Positions 23,131 through 32,451 of a stretch of 64,000 bases of DNA are shown in pieces. Source of the DNA: an uncultured Gemmatimonadaceae bacterium (lineage in GTDB: Bacteria; Gemmatimonadota; Gemmatimonadetes; Gemmatimonadales; Gemmatimonadaceae); assembly GCA_963781585.1 (NCBI GenBank), contig CAWAGQ010000008.1, positions 64,001-128,000 on the forward strand, given 5' to 3'. How positions within the stretch are numbered: the stretch's first letter is position 1; each line of letters starts with the position of its first letter. The position numbers were made by a program, and so were the translations under genes. Below the pieces are notes generated by a model. That model was not told the DNA's origin and did not search any database. It saw nothing but the letters and a program-made list of their open reading frames with translations.

Positions 23131-23453
23131 CGGTGAGCTACGCGGGGTGTCTCGACAACTGGATGGACACGATGTGGTGGAACGAGCAGTGGATGGGGTG
23201 GCCCACTGGGCCGAAGTCCTCGGTGTGGTCGAACCTTGGCCAAAGCGGACCCGGCCGCCAAGGGATGGTGCTGCCGGTAGTGGGGAGCTCGACACCAACG
23301 TCGATCCGTCGTCAACCATGCAAGCGGTGAACGCGCTGATCAAGGCGAACAAGACGTTCGATCTCCTGGTGGTGCCGGGAGAGGGCTCATGGGGCCGGGC
23401 GGCGCGGGATCACGGCGGCGTACGGGGAGCACGAGCGGTGAGACTATTTTGTG
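23131..23453 (+). repeat. Degenerate direct copy of the S9 peptidase 3' end (15548-15867)
   Basis: Long identical runs such as TGGTGGAACGAGCAGTGGATGGGGTGGCCCA and GAGCTCGACACCAACGTCGATCCGTCGTC, with indels and a stop. Confidence 0.92.
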
Positions 23454-23469
23454 TGGGCCATGGCCACGG

Positions 23470-23522
23470 TTGACCGCGCCCAGTCGACGTGCTAGGTTCC
23501 ATTCTGCTTCCATTATGGAACC
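23470..23522 (+). promoter_or_regulatory. Promoter and operator of the RHH-VapC pair
   Basis: TTGACC(23470)-17 bp-TAGGTT; inverted repeat GGTTCCAT(23495-23502)...ATGGAACC(23515-23522). Confidence 0.55.
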
Positions 23523-23531
23523 CGCCGACCC

Positions 23532-23774
23532 ATGGCTACCCTTACCATCAAGAGCATCCCGGACCCGCTCTATCGCCAGCTCAAGGAACGGGCCGCGGAG
23601 CATCGACGCAGTCTCAACAGCGAGGTCATCGTTTGCCTGGAGCAGGCCGTCGCCGGCAACGTTCCTGATCCTGTCACCACGCTGGCAAAGGCCGACGCCC
23701 TTCGGGCCAAGCTTCGCGTGCCGCGGTTGACCGAGGCTCGGCTCCGGACCGCCAAGTCCGCCGGACGACCGTGA
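23532..23774 (+). CDS. Arc/FitA-like ribbon-helix-helix antitoxin
   Basis: MATLTIKSIPDPLYRQLKERAAEHRRSLNSEVI. Confidence 0.9.
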   Translation: MATLTIKSIPDPLYRQLKERAAEHRRSLNSEVIVCLEQAVAGNVPDPVTTLAKADALRAKLRVPRLTEARLRTAKSAGRP

Positions 23775-24187
23775 TCGTCGTTGACACCAACGTCATCGCG
23801 TACCTGCTCCTCCCCGGTGATCAGACGGAGGCTGCGCGGGGCGCCCTCGCGCGGGACGCGGCGTGGGCCGCGCCGATCCTCTGGCGCAGTGAGCTCCGCA
23901 ATGTGCTTCGCGGCTACATGCGGCAGCGTCACCTCACCTTGGCGCGGGCGCGCGAGGTGCAGGGCACGGCGGAGGAGCTGATGGTCGGCCGCGAGTTTCA
24001 GGTGGAGAGCCCCGCGGTTCTGGACCTCGCTGCAGCGAGTGGTCTGAGCGCGTACGACTGCGAGTTCGTCGCGCTGGCGCGCGCGCTTGAAGTGCCGCTG
24101 GTTACGTCCGATCGGGATGTCCTGGCGAGCTTTCCCAGGGACACGGTCTCGCTGACGCTCTTCGGGTCCGGTGCGCCGGGCGCCTAA
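23771..24187 (+). CDS. vapC: VapC-type PIN toxin
   Basis: MIVVDTNVIAY and SAYDCEFVALA..L.VPLVTSD. Confidence 0.92.
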   Translation: MIVVDTNVIAYLLLPGDQTEAARGALARDAAWAAPILWRSELRNVLRGYMRQRHLTLARAREVQGTAEELMVGREFQVESPAVLDLAAASGLSAYDCEFVALARALEVPLVTSDRDVLASFPRDTVSLTLFGSGAPGA

Positions 24188-24376
24188 CGTTGCTTACTCG
24201 GGGCGGTTTTCGGTCGCGCGGCGTGAGGCGTAGCTCCCATTTGAGCCAGCCCTGGCGGAAGTGCGTGCGTCAATACGCAATGGGCACCGATAAGTTGGCT
24301 GAACGAGCGAAGTGAGGCGGCCGGGCTGTTGGCAACATCGACCATGCGCCTTGGTGATATGCACGGTTGACCAACT

Positions 24377-24450
24377 GAACGCATGCATCGGACCCTCAAG
24401 CGCGCGATCGCCCCGCCGCCGCCCGGACACGGCACAGTCAGCAGCAGCCG
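24377..24450 (+). mobile_element. IS481-like transposase remnant
   Basis: Translates ERMHRTLKRAIAPPP then ARTRHSQQQ, like the HERMHRTLK..PPA....QQ motif of IS481-type transposases. Confidence 0.5.
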
Positions 24451-24497
24451 TACCCCGTTGTGCAGCCTACCTTAGGAGTGATGCCGCGCCAGACAAA

Positions 24498-25367
24498 ATG
24501 CTGACACCATTAGAGACTCTCCGACCGACAGCCCGACCTCGACTCATGGATCTCGTTCGCGACGCAGGGATCGACGTCTCGGACTGAGCGCAGTATGAGG
24601 GTGGGATCGCCCGCGCGGCTGCCAACCCGAAGTACTGCTATCAATGGGAGTTTGAGAATCCGGCAAAGATCGTAGTGCTGAGCATCTGGCACGCCCAACT
24701 TCGCCATGCCCATGGTGAGGTCACAATTGAAGACAACCTTCGTGACACGAGTAACTTCTACAAGAACGTGCCGGGGAAATCCCTTTGGAGGAAGCGTGCA
24801 GAGTCGTTTGATCGGGCCGTCGCGACAGCTGCGCAATCGGGCCTTGCGGTGCGCGCAATCATCTGCGACGGCGAAATGCGAGCTAAGTTCGACCTGAAGG
24901 CGCGAGCGTCACACGTCCATGCCAGGATGCTCGACAAGGCACCGTGGGCAGTGGTTAGGTACGAGCGGCAAAACGGTCGCTTCATCCTTCGGCGTGGGGC
25001 ATCGCCGAACCGGCTAAAGGACCAGTTCTCGGTCGATCAGTTTCCGAGCGCGCCGACGGAAACTCGATCTGTTTCAGGTGAAGTATTCGTCCGCTCAGCG
25101 GCTGTCCGAAGCCAAGCGCTGAAACGAGCCAATGGGCGGTGTGAATGGTGCGGGGAATTGGGTTTCGTCACGGACGACGGATCAATCTTCCTGGAGACGC
25201 ACCACGTAGTACCGCTCAGCGAACGAGGATCCGACACGCTCCTTAACGTGGTTGCCCTATGCGCAAATCATCATCGTGAGGCGCACTTGGGCTCGTCGCG
25301 GGTCAGCATCCGCAACCGCCTGCTGCAGTTTCTAAGGCCGCGGGTGCCCAAGCGGGGCACAGTTTGA
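24498..25367 (+). pseudogene. McrA-like HNH endonuclease with in-frame TGA at 24585-24587
   Basis: Frame continues across the stop (DVSD*AQYEGG..AANPKYCYQW); C-terminal RANGRCEWCG..LETHHVVPL..GSDT..NVVALCANHHREAH. Confidence 0.8.
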
Positions 25368-25453
25368 GAGCCGTTGCAGCTGCCACACTGGGCGAGTGGC
25401 CGCGGAGGCCGGCGGTCTAACTTAGGACCACACAACCTTCCTCTGGAACTCCG

Positions 25454-26233
25454 ATGCCGGACATGCCATGGCGTGACGCAATCGTTGAGGTGCTGCGCCG
25501 AGAGGGCGCAGCAATGCACTACACTGCGATCGCCGAGCATGTGGTCGCTGATGGACTCAGGAAGGCAGTCGGGGCAACCCCCGCATCAACGGTGAACGCG
25601 GTCATCACCACGTCTTTGAACGCCGAGGGGTCAAAGTCTCCATTTCAGCGAGTTGCCCGTGGCGAGTACGTCCTCGCATCTGCAACCAACATCGCGCCTC
25701 ATTCTGAGGTGGAGGCCGCGGCGCGCGCCGATGCCGAAGATGAGGTAGAAGGACCAGTTCACGCCTTTGGAATGTTCTGGGACAGAGACCGCGTCCGTTG
25801 GACAAATACTCCGTCACTCCTCGGAAGACAGCAGATAGGCGCCGACGCCGTGGAGATGACTGATCAGAGGGGCATCTACTTGCTGTACGACGGGCGTGAG
25901 GTCGTGTACGTAGGAAGAAGCACGGATCGCTCCCTTGGCACTCGGCTCTACGAGCACACCTATGACCGGCTGCGCACTCGTTGGAACCGGTTTTCATGGT
26001 TTGGGCTCTGCCCGGTGGAGGAAGATGGCAGTCTGGCAAGACCTGCAGGGGGCCAGAGCGCCGAGCAGTTTATTGCGGCAATGGAGGCCTTGCTCATCGA
26101 AGCCCTTGAGCCCGCGCAGAATCGCCGCCGAGGCGATGGGTTCACCGCGGTCGAATTCATTCAGGCCGATGACCCAGAACTTCACAAAGCCCAACTCAAG
26201 GCGGCAATTGCCCAACTTCAGTCCAAGCTATAG
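25454..26233 (+). CDS. HARE-HTH plus GIY-YIG nuclease-domain protein
   Basis: N-terminal DAIVEVL....AMHY..IAE..GATP..TV; GIYLLYDGREVVYVGRS; ME..LIE...P..N. Confidence 0.8.
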   Translation: MPDMPWRDAIVEVLRREGAAMHYTAIAEHVVADGLRKAVGATPASTVNAVITTSLNAEGSKSPFQRVARGEYVLASATNIAPHSEVEAAARADAEDEVEGPVHAFGMFWDRDRVRWTNTPSLLGRQQIGADAVEMTDQRGIYLLYDGREVVYVGRSTDRSLGTRLYEHTYDRLRTRWNRFSWFGLCPVEEDGSLARPAGGQSAEQFIAAMEALLIEALEPAQNRRRGDGFTAVEFIQADDPELHKAQLKAAIAQLQSKL

Positions 26234-26289
26234 CTCTTCCTCTCAAACGAGCAATAACTGCCGACGGCACCTCTTTCGGAAGCGGTCGG

Positions 26290-26471
26290 CCCGAACTTCT
26301 CCCGCGAAATCCCGAGTCGCCGACTCAGCTCGGCCGTCTTGGCTCCGGCCGCACGCTCCTGCAGGAAAGGATCCCGATGATTTGTTCTTCTGTGAAGCGG
26401 CCCGTGCGCATCGATCCTCCGTCGTGAGGATCGGCAAGAATGACCGGATCAGATTCCCGAGGGTAACGTCA
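26290..26471 (-). mobile_element. IS3-family left-end remnant with truncated orfA
   Basis: End TGACGTTACCCTCGGGAATCTGATCC at 26471; GGAGG RBS; ATG 26411 gives MRTGRFTEEQIIGIL, then shifts to QERAAGAKTAELSRRLGISRE. Confidence 0.75.
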
Positions 26472-26520
26472 GTACTGGATCCCGTTGCGGCGGATCACTA
26501 GCCCACGTACGATATCTGTT

Positions 26521-26667
26521 GGAGGTGGGTCAACACACCAATTGTCTCTCGTTGCGTTCTCGCAACGTGTGCTCATGACGCCATGCCTTACGCCACGCTC
26601 CATGTTTGCCTGAGTAGTCGACTGGGAGCGCTCGGAAAAGCGAGAATTACCGGTTGACTCCACCTCC
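26521..26667 (+). ncRNA. Putative retron msr-msd RNA
   Basis: a1/a2-like inverted repeat GGAGGTGGGTCAAC (26521-26534) and GTTGAC(T)CCACCTCC (26653-26667); hairpin CGTTGCG-ttct-CGCAACG (26550-26567); CGCTCC/GGAGCG stem (26596-26630); lies directly upstream of the retron RT. Confidence 0.7.
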
Positions 26668-28285
26668 TCTGCCCACGCGTGCGATTGGCGCCTGCCTTCG
26701 CGCACCCCCAGAGACGTTTCGCGACAACTTCCTTCGGTTGGGTAGTCGACGAGCACTCGCACGTCTGCTCGAGGTTCCGGGTTCCTACCTTATATGGCAC
26801 CTCTACCGCTTCCCGGCTCATCGAAGGTATCGCACGTTCCAGCTTCTCAAGCGAAATGGCAAGCAGCGCACCATTTTCGCGCCCGCTTCCAAGATCCGCA
26901 TTCTCCAGCAGAAGCTGTCGCAGGTTCTGTACGAGGTGTATGTCCCGAATCTCGTGGCGCACGGTTTTGTCCGCGAGCGCAATATTCGAACAAACGCCGA
27001 GTTTCACCGTAATCGCGAATGGGTTCTCCGACTCGATCTTGAGGACTTCTTTCCTGCGATAAACTTCGGAAGAGTACGGGGAATGTTCATGCGCCGGCCG
27101 TACAACCTGCCTGCGCCCGTCGCGACAGTCTTGGCGCAGCTGTGCTGCTTCGAGGGCTCGCTCCCGCAGGGGGCGCCGACATCGCCGATCATTTCCAATA
27201 TGATCTGCTCAAGACTAGATAATGAACTTCGGCGACTTGCAGCAGATCATCGATGTACGGTAACGCGATACGCGGAACACCTCACTAGCTCGACGAACAG
27301 AGCATTTCCGAAGTCTATCGCCTCTCGCGACCTCACACCGAACGGCTTCATAACGTCGAACGGCCCGGGCCTGGTTCACGTAATCGATTCGAATGGGTTC
27401 AGAGTTCACCCGACTAAGTCTCGTCTCCTCTGGAGGCACCAGCGGCAGGATGTTACGGGCGTGGTCATCAACGAGAAAGCTAATGTGCCAAGACGGTTTC
27501 GAGACCAGATCAGGAGCATGCTTCATGCCTGGGAGGACTTTGGGCTGGATGCCGCAGCCGCACAGCACGATCGATATGACAAGAAGCGTCGAACTGGTAC
27601 ACAGAGGCCATCGTATCGACGAGTGCTGGCGGGAAAGCTTGCGCACTTGAGGATGATCAAGGGTCCCGAAGATCCGACCTACCGTCGACTATGGCAGAGA
27701 TACGAGCGTCTGGCTGGCCATCCAACGGTGGACGACGCGATATGGATTCTACGAAGGACCAGAAGCTTCTGGGACAGCGTTCATGCTGAAAGGGACCGGT
27801 CTCGTCACTTGTTTCCATGTGGTTGCAGCCAAGGGCGTGGATGCGTTCCGCCCTCTGGCACCATCTGCGAGATTCCAGGTCGTCGTTAAGCACGCATTGA
27901 ACGAAATCGATCTTGCGTTTGCGATCTCACCCGCGCCGAAGTGTCATTCCCTCCACCGCGACCTACAAACCCTTTGTCAGTCGGTGCGAAGGTGAGAATA
28001 CTCGGGTATCCGGATTGGAATCGCGGCAATAGCATTTTTGACGCGACCGGCGAAATCGTCCTGGTCAGACGGCACTTCGGCGCGCCCTATGCCCTCGTAA
28101 GCGTGTCTACGCGCGCTGGCAACAGTGGCGGACCCGTGCTAGATGAATCGGGCAGAGTCATCGGCGTCGTCAGGACTGGAGAGCGCTGGCATGGTGACGA
28201 GGAAGGGAAAGAGCACGGCATACTGGGGATTACGGCACTGGAGATCGTTAGCGGCGCCGGAGCTGACGGGTCACGCATGCTCTGA
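26654..28285 (+). pseudogene. Retron reverse transcriptase fused to a trypsin-like serine protease (YADD to YAEH; frameshifts near 27752 and 27950)
   Basis: AHGF, NAEFH (region X), DLEDFFP, LPQGAPTSP, VTG (region Y); then AIWIL/EGPEASGTAF..LVTCFHVV..IDLA../..LGYP..GNSGGPV. Confidence 0.88.
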
Positions 28286-28406
28286 CGTGCTCTCGGGTAA
28301 GTCCAATAACTGCCGTCGGCTAACGGGTGCGTCTTCCATCTGAAGGCATCTGGCGCGTCGGACTCCGCGGTAGATACGTATTCTCTGAGTGACCGGCGCG
28401 CCGGAT

Positions 28407-29540
28407 TCACGGTCGCTCGTCGCCGCGGGCCCGCCCCTCCATCCGCCCAGTCAACATCTCCGGCCAGACCGCCAGCGAATCCCCATTCACCCAGTTCCGC
28501 GCACGAGCCGCCGCGTTGTAGGCCCGCAGGAACGCCGCCGCGTCGCACTCCGTCGCGATGAGACGCGGCCGGCCGTACGCGCGCTCAACGGTCACGGCCA
28601 TCTTCCACCCCACCGTGTACCACGGGCCCTGCACACCGAAGAAGCTCATCCCCGCGGCAGTCACTGAATCGTCAGGCACCGTGGGATCGAGCGCGCGACA
28701 GCAGAACTTCGTCAGCTCCGACACATCGGCGTTGAAGTGGCTCACGTCCCGGTCCCAGCGCGCCCGCGTGGCGCTGTCGCTCTGTGCATGCGGATGCACG
28801 TCGGGCCCGCCGGCGGCAGCAAGCATCGCGAGCCCCTCGCCCAACGCGCTCGCCCAGTTCCGGGCGCGCGCCACCGGCGCCGGCACGCCACTGGCGCCCG
28901 CCGCACCGCATGCCGCCGAGAGCCCGATGTGGTGCAGCTCGTGCGCGACGGTGTTGTCCGGTTCCGCCCGCGACTTCGCCGGATCCACGTACAGCATGAT
29001 CACGCGCCGACCCGCGAAGTCGAAGACGAAGCTGTTCGTCTGCGGCTTGATCGCCAGAAACACCGTTGTCTGGAGCGGCGTGCCCGCCGGCAGATACGCC
29101 AGCGCCCGCCGCGCCGCGGCCGAGACGTCAAGCGCGCGCCAGGCGGCGAGGGTCCGGTCGAGCGCCGCCCACCGCGCAACAAGGGTGTCCGAGAGCAGAA
29201 ACGCACGGAACGATGAGTCGGCGAACGCCCGGCCCATCACTGCCTGACGTTGCTGGAGCGCGCGAAAGCCGAGGCTCCCGAACAAGCGCGCCCAGTCGCC
29301 CGTGGTAGGGTCGCGCCCGTCATGACGCGCCCGCACGATCGCGAGCGCCGCGTCCGCCTCGTCGGTCACGAACACGAGGCCGCCCGCCTGCCCGGCGCGG
29401 ACGACCGGGATGCCGGGCGCCCGCACGCTCACAGTGGCCGGACCGGGCACGCGCGAAGATCGGACCGCGCGCCACGGCGGTGACACGGCCCCTGACACGA
29501 GGACGCCAGACGACAGCAGAACAGGCAACACGACCCGCAT
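28407..29540 (-). CDS. Putative zinc-dependent protease (DUF5700-like)
   Basis: VAHELHHIG, GEGLAMLAAAG and QGPWYTVG; start at 29540 inferred. Confidence 0.72.
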   Translation of the reverse strand: MRVVLPVLLSSGVLVSGAVSPPWRAVRSSRVPGPATVSVRAPGIPVVRAGQAGGLVFVTDEADAALAIVRARHDGRDPTTGDWARLFGSLGFRALQQRQAVMGRAFADSSFRAFLLSDTLVARWAALDRTLAAWRALDVSAAARRALAYLPAGTPLQTTVFLAIKPQTNSFVFDFAGRRVIMLYVDPAKSRAEPDNTVAHELHHIGLSAACGAAGASGVPAPVARARNWASALGEGLAMLAAAGGPDVHPHAQSDSATRARWDRDVSHFNADVSELTKFCCRALDPTVPDDSVTAAGMSFFGVQGPWYTVGWKMAVTVERAYGRPRLIATECDAAAFLRAYNAAARARNWVNGDSLAVWPEMLTGRMEGRARGDERP

Positions 29541-29862
29541 CCCGACGGACACTGCGCGCTCACTCCGTAACGGCATGCCACGCGTTCGACACGCGCGCCC
29601 CACGCCGCGGTTGCGCGAGAATGCGCCCACTCCCCACTTGTCGGTTCGCCGAGGAGGCCGTCGCTCCACACGACCATCTTCCCGCGGCCCCCGCGCCCAG
29701 TGCAAATAGATGGGCCTTTCCCTCGCAAGCCCCGAATCCGGCCGGTCAGCCCCCGACGGGGGTCGCCATGTCGTGCAAGAGTGTCGCGCGGTTGCCCGCG
29801 CATTCCTCCGGCCGCATACTCTCCCCATCCGGTCGTCCCTCCACCTCGCCGCGAGCCCTCCC

Positions 29863-32181
29863 ATGTCCGCCCACTCGGTCCGCCCGGCCGTCCCCTCCGC
29901 CCTCCGCGCCCTCGCCTGGTCGGCATTCGCTCTCGTCGCGTTCAGCACGCGCGTCCCTGCGCAGCAGACGAACGGCCGCGCCTACACCATCGACGACAAC
30001 CTCAACCTGCGATCGGTGCGCATCGAGGACGTCAGCAGCGACGGCCGGTGGGTGGCCATCACGGTGCGCGTGCGACGCGACGCGCTCGGCGTGGACAACG
30101 CCCGCTTCGGCGACCCGACCTACGTCACGCCGTCGATCGCCGAGTTCCAGTTGATCGACGCGACCACCGGGCAGGCGCGCGCGATCCTCCCCGGCAAGGT
30201 GCAGGTGCGCGGCGCGACATTCACGAAGGACGGGAGCAAGCTCGCCTTCTACCTCATGAAGGGCGACGACTGGGTGCTCGAGGTGACCGACGTCGCGGCC
30301 AACCGCACCCGGGCGATCGCCGTCCGTACCACGAAGCAGATCGCATCCAGCGCGCCGCTCGAGTGGGCACCCGACGGCAACTCGATGCTGATTACGCTCC
30401 GCCCCGACGGCTGGGCAGCCGAGGCGCGCGCGGCATTCCTGCACCTGACCGAAGGACCGATCGTCGTGCAGGACGCGAAGGAACCGTTCCTCTCCTGGGA
30501 CGCGGTGCGCAACCTCGGCGACCGGCAGATTCCGGCCATCGTCACCCTGGGCGACGGCGCCGTGCGCGAGATCCTGCCCGAGACGCCGATCCGCGGCGCG
30601 CAATTCTCCACGGACGGCTCGTACCTCGCCTACTCCACCGCCGAACCGAAGAAGACGTCGTACGACAACAACTCGGGAACGGCCTACGGCGTCTTCAAGC
30701 TCGCGCTCGCCGCCGGCGCACGGCCCGACACGCTGGTGAAGCCCGCCCAGCACCGGCTGATGCCGCGATGGAACGACAGCGCGACCGCGTTCGCCTGGGC
30801 CGACAAGGGCAACGTATTCGTCCGCTGGCTGGGCGCCGACAGCGCCCGAAACCTCACGGCGAAGTACCGGAAGGCGGAGCCGAAGACCGACACCGCGGGG
30901 ACCGACGCCGCGAAGACCGACAGCGCGAAGACCGACACCACCAGGACACCGTACTCGCTGGTCAGCTGGCGGCCCGACGGTGGCGCACTGCTCGTGAGCG
31001 CGAAGGACGGCTACCACCTCCTCGACGCGCGCACGGATTCGATGACGCTCGTCTATCCGTTCGAGGCCGACACGGCCACCCGGCCCACACGCGGTTTCGC
31101 CGGATGGAGCCGCGACGGGCGCTACCTGTTCGTCTCCCGTTCGGCGAAGGACCGCTGGGCGCGCGGACTCGAGCGCTACGACCTCACTACTCGGCAGGCG
31201 ACCGACCTCGCGATCGACACCAATCTCTACTCCAGCTGGCACGTGTCCGACGACGGATCGCGCTTCGTGTTCGAGCGGTCCGACGGCGACCGTCCGAACG
31301 AGGTGTACACAGCCGGCCGTGACCTCGCCGACGCGCACGCGATCACGAGGCTTAACCCGCAGCTCGACGGCGTGGCGCTCACGCACTCGCAGCTGGTGAG
31401 CTATCGCGACGCGGACGGGAAGAAGCTCTACGGCGTGCTGTACTATCCGTACGGCTACCAGCCCGGAACGAAGTACCCGCTCGTCGCGGAGATCTACGAG
31501 ACATTCTTCGACAACGGATTCAACGAGAACATGAACCTGCTCGCCGCGCGCGGGTGGTTCGTGTTCCACCCGTCGGTGGACCTGCAGATTGGCTACCCCG
31601 GCGAGGCGTGGGTAAAGGGCGTGACCGACGCGATCAACACGCTCGAGGACCGTGGCCTGGTGGACGGCACCAGGCTTGGCGTCGAGGGGACGAGCTACGG
31701 CGGGTACGCCACCAACCTGCTCATCACGCAGACCGACCGGTTCGCCGCCGCGGTGAACATCTCCGGTAAGGTGAACATCATCTCCTTCCTCGGCGACAGC
31801 CCGAAGATCGGGACGCGCAACTACAGCGCCGCGGAGAACGGGCAGGACCGCATCGGCGCGACGCTGTGGGAGGCGCCGCTCAAGTACATCCAGCACTCGG
31901 CCGTCATGTTCGCCGACCGCATCCACACGCCGCTGCTCATGCTCACCGGCAAGCAGGACTGGAACGTGCCGGACACCAACGAGCGCGAGATGTACTACGC
32001 GCTCCGCCGGCTGGGGAAGGAAGCGGTGTGGGTGCAGTACGCCGACGCCGGGCATGGCGCGGGCCGGGCCGGGAACGAGCCGGACTTCCGGGACCACTGG
32101 ACGCGGATGTTCGACTGGTTCGGGACGCACTTCGAAAAGTCTGCGGAGAAGAAGAAGGCGGCGACGTCCGGAGCGCGGTGA
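29863..32181 (+). CDS. S9 prolyl oligopeptidase family peptidase
   Basis: GTSYGG, GKQDWNV and AGHG; propeller repeats. Confidence 0.9.
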   Translation: MSAHSVRPAVPSALRALAWSAFALVAFSTRVPAQQTNGRAYTIDDNLNLRSVRIEDVSSDGRWVAITVRVRRDALGVDNARFGDPTYVTPSIAEFQLIDATTGQARAILPGKVQVRGATFTKDGSKLAFYLMKGDDWVLEVTDVAANRTRAIAVRTTKQIASSAPLEWAPDGNSMLITLRPDGWAAEARAAFLHLTEGPIVVQDAKEPFLSWDAVRNLGDRQIPAIVTLGDGAVREILPETPIRGAQFSTDGSYLAYSTAEPKKTSYDNNSGTAYGVFKLALAAGARPDTLVKPAQHRLMPRWNDSATAFAWADKGNVFVRWLGADSARNLTAKYRKAEPKTDTAGTDAAKTDSAKTDTTRTPYSLVSWRPDGGALLVSAKDGYHLLDARTDSMTLVYPFEADTATRPTRGFAGWSRDGRYLFVSRSAKDRWARGLERYDLTTRQATDLAIDTNLYSSWHVSDDGSRFVFERSDGDRPNEVYTAGRDLADAHAITRLNPQLDGVALTHSQLVSYRDADGKKLYGVLYYPYGYQPGTKYPLVAEIYETFFDNGFNENMNLLAARGWFVFHPSVDLQIGYPGEAWVKGVTDAINTLEDRGLVDGTRLGVEGTSYGGYATNLLITQTDRFAAAVNISGKVNIISFLGDSPKIGTRNYSAAENGQDRIGATLWEAPLKYIQHSAVMFADRIHTPLLMLTGKQDWNVPDTNEREMYYALRRLGKEAVWVQYADAGHGAGRAGNEPDFRDHWTRMFDWFGTHFEKSAEKKKAATSGAR

Positions 32182-32253
32182 CGCTGACGCTCGCGTGACG
32201 CGTGCGCTCGGAATTGACTCCCCATGTCCACCGCCCGGCCGTACCTTCGGCAC

Positions 32254-32451
32254 ATGTCGTCAGACGTCCTCGTCACCGCAGACGAGCTGCTGAAGCTCGA
32301 CATCGCGGGTAAGCAGGCGGAACTCGTTCGGGGGCGGCTGATCATGAGCGAGCCGCGAGGCGCTCGGCATGGTGCCACGGCGCTGGAGCTGGCGTATCTG
32401 GTCGCGAGCTACCACCCACAACCAGCCAAGAATTCTCCCTGTGCACCATGA
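32254..32451 (+). pseudogene. Uma2 endonuclease N-terminal fragment
   Basis: VTADELL....ELVRGRLIMSEP.G..HG, then the similarity is lost. Confidence 0.65.

Noticed and set aside
29746..32253. 835-aa antisense ORF, and similar long shadow ORFs (2525-4150, 41364-43292, 54236-55570)
   Set aside because: They mirror well-supported genes on the opposite strand, an expected high-GC artefact, and show no motifs.
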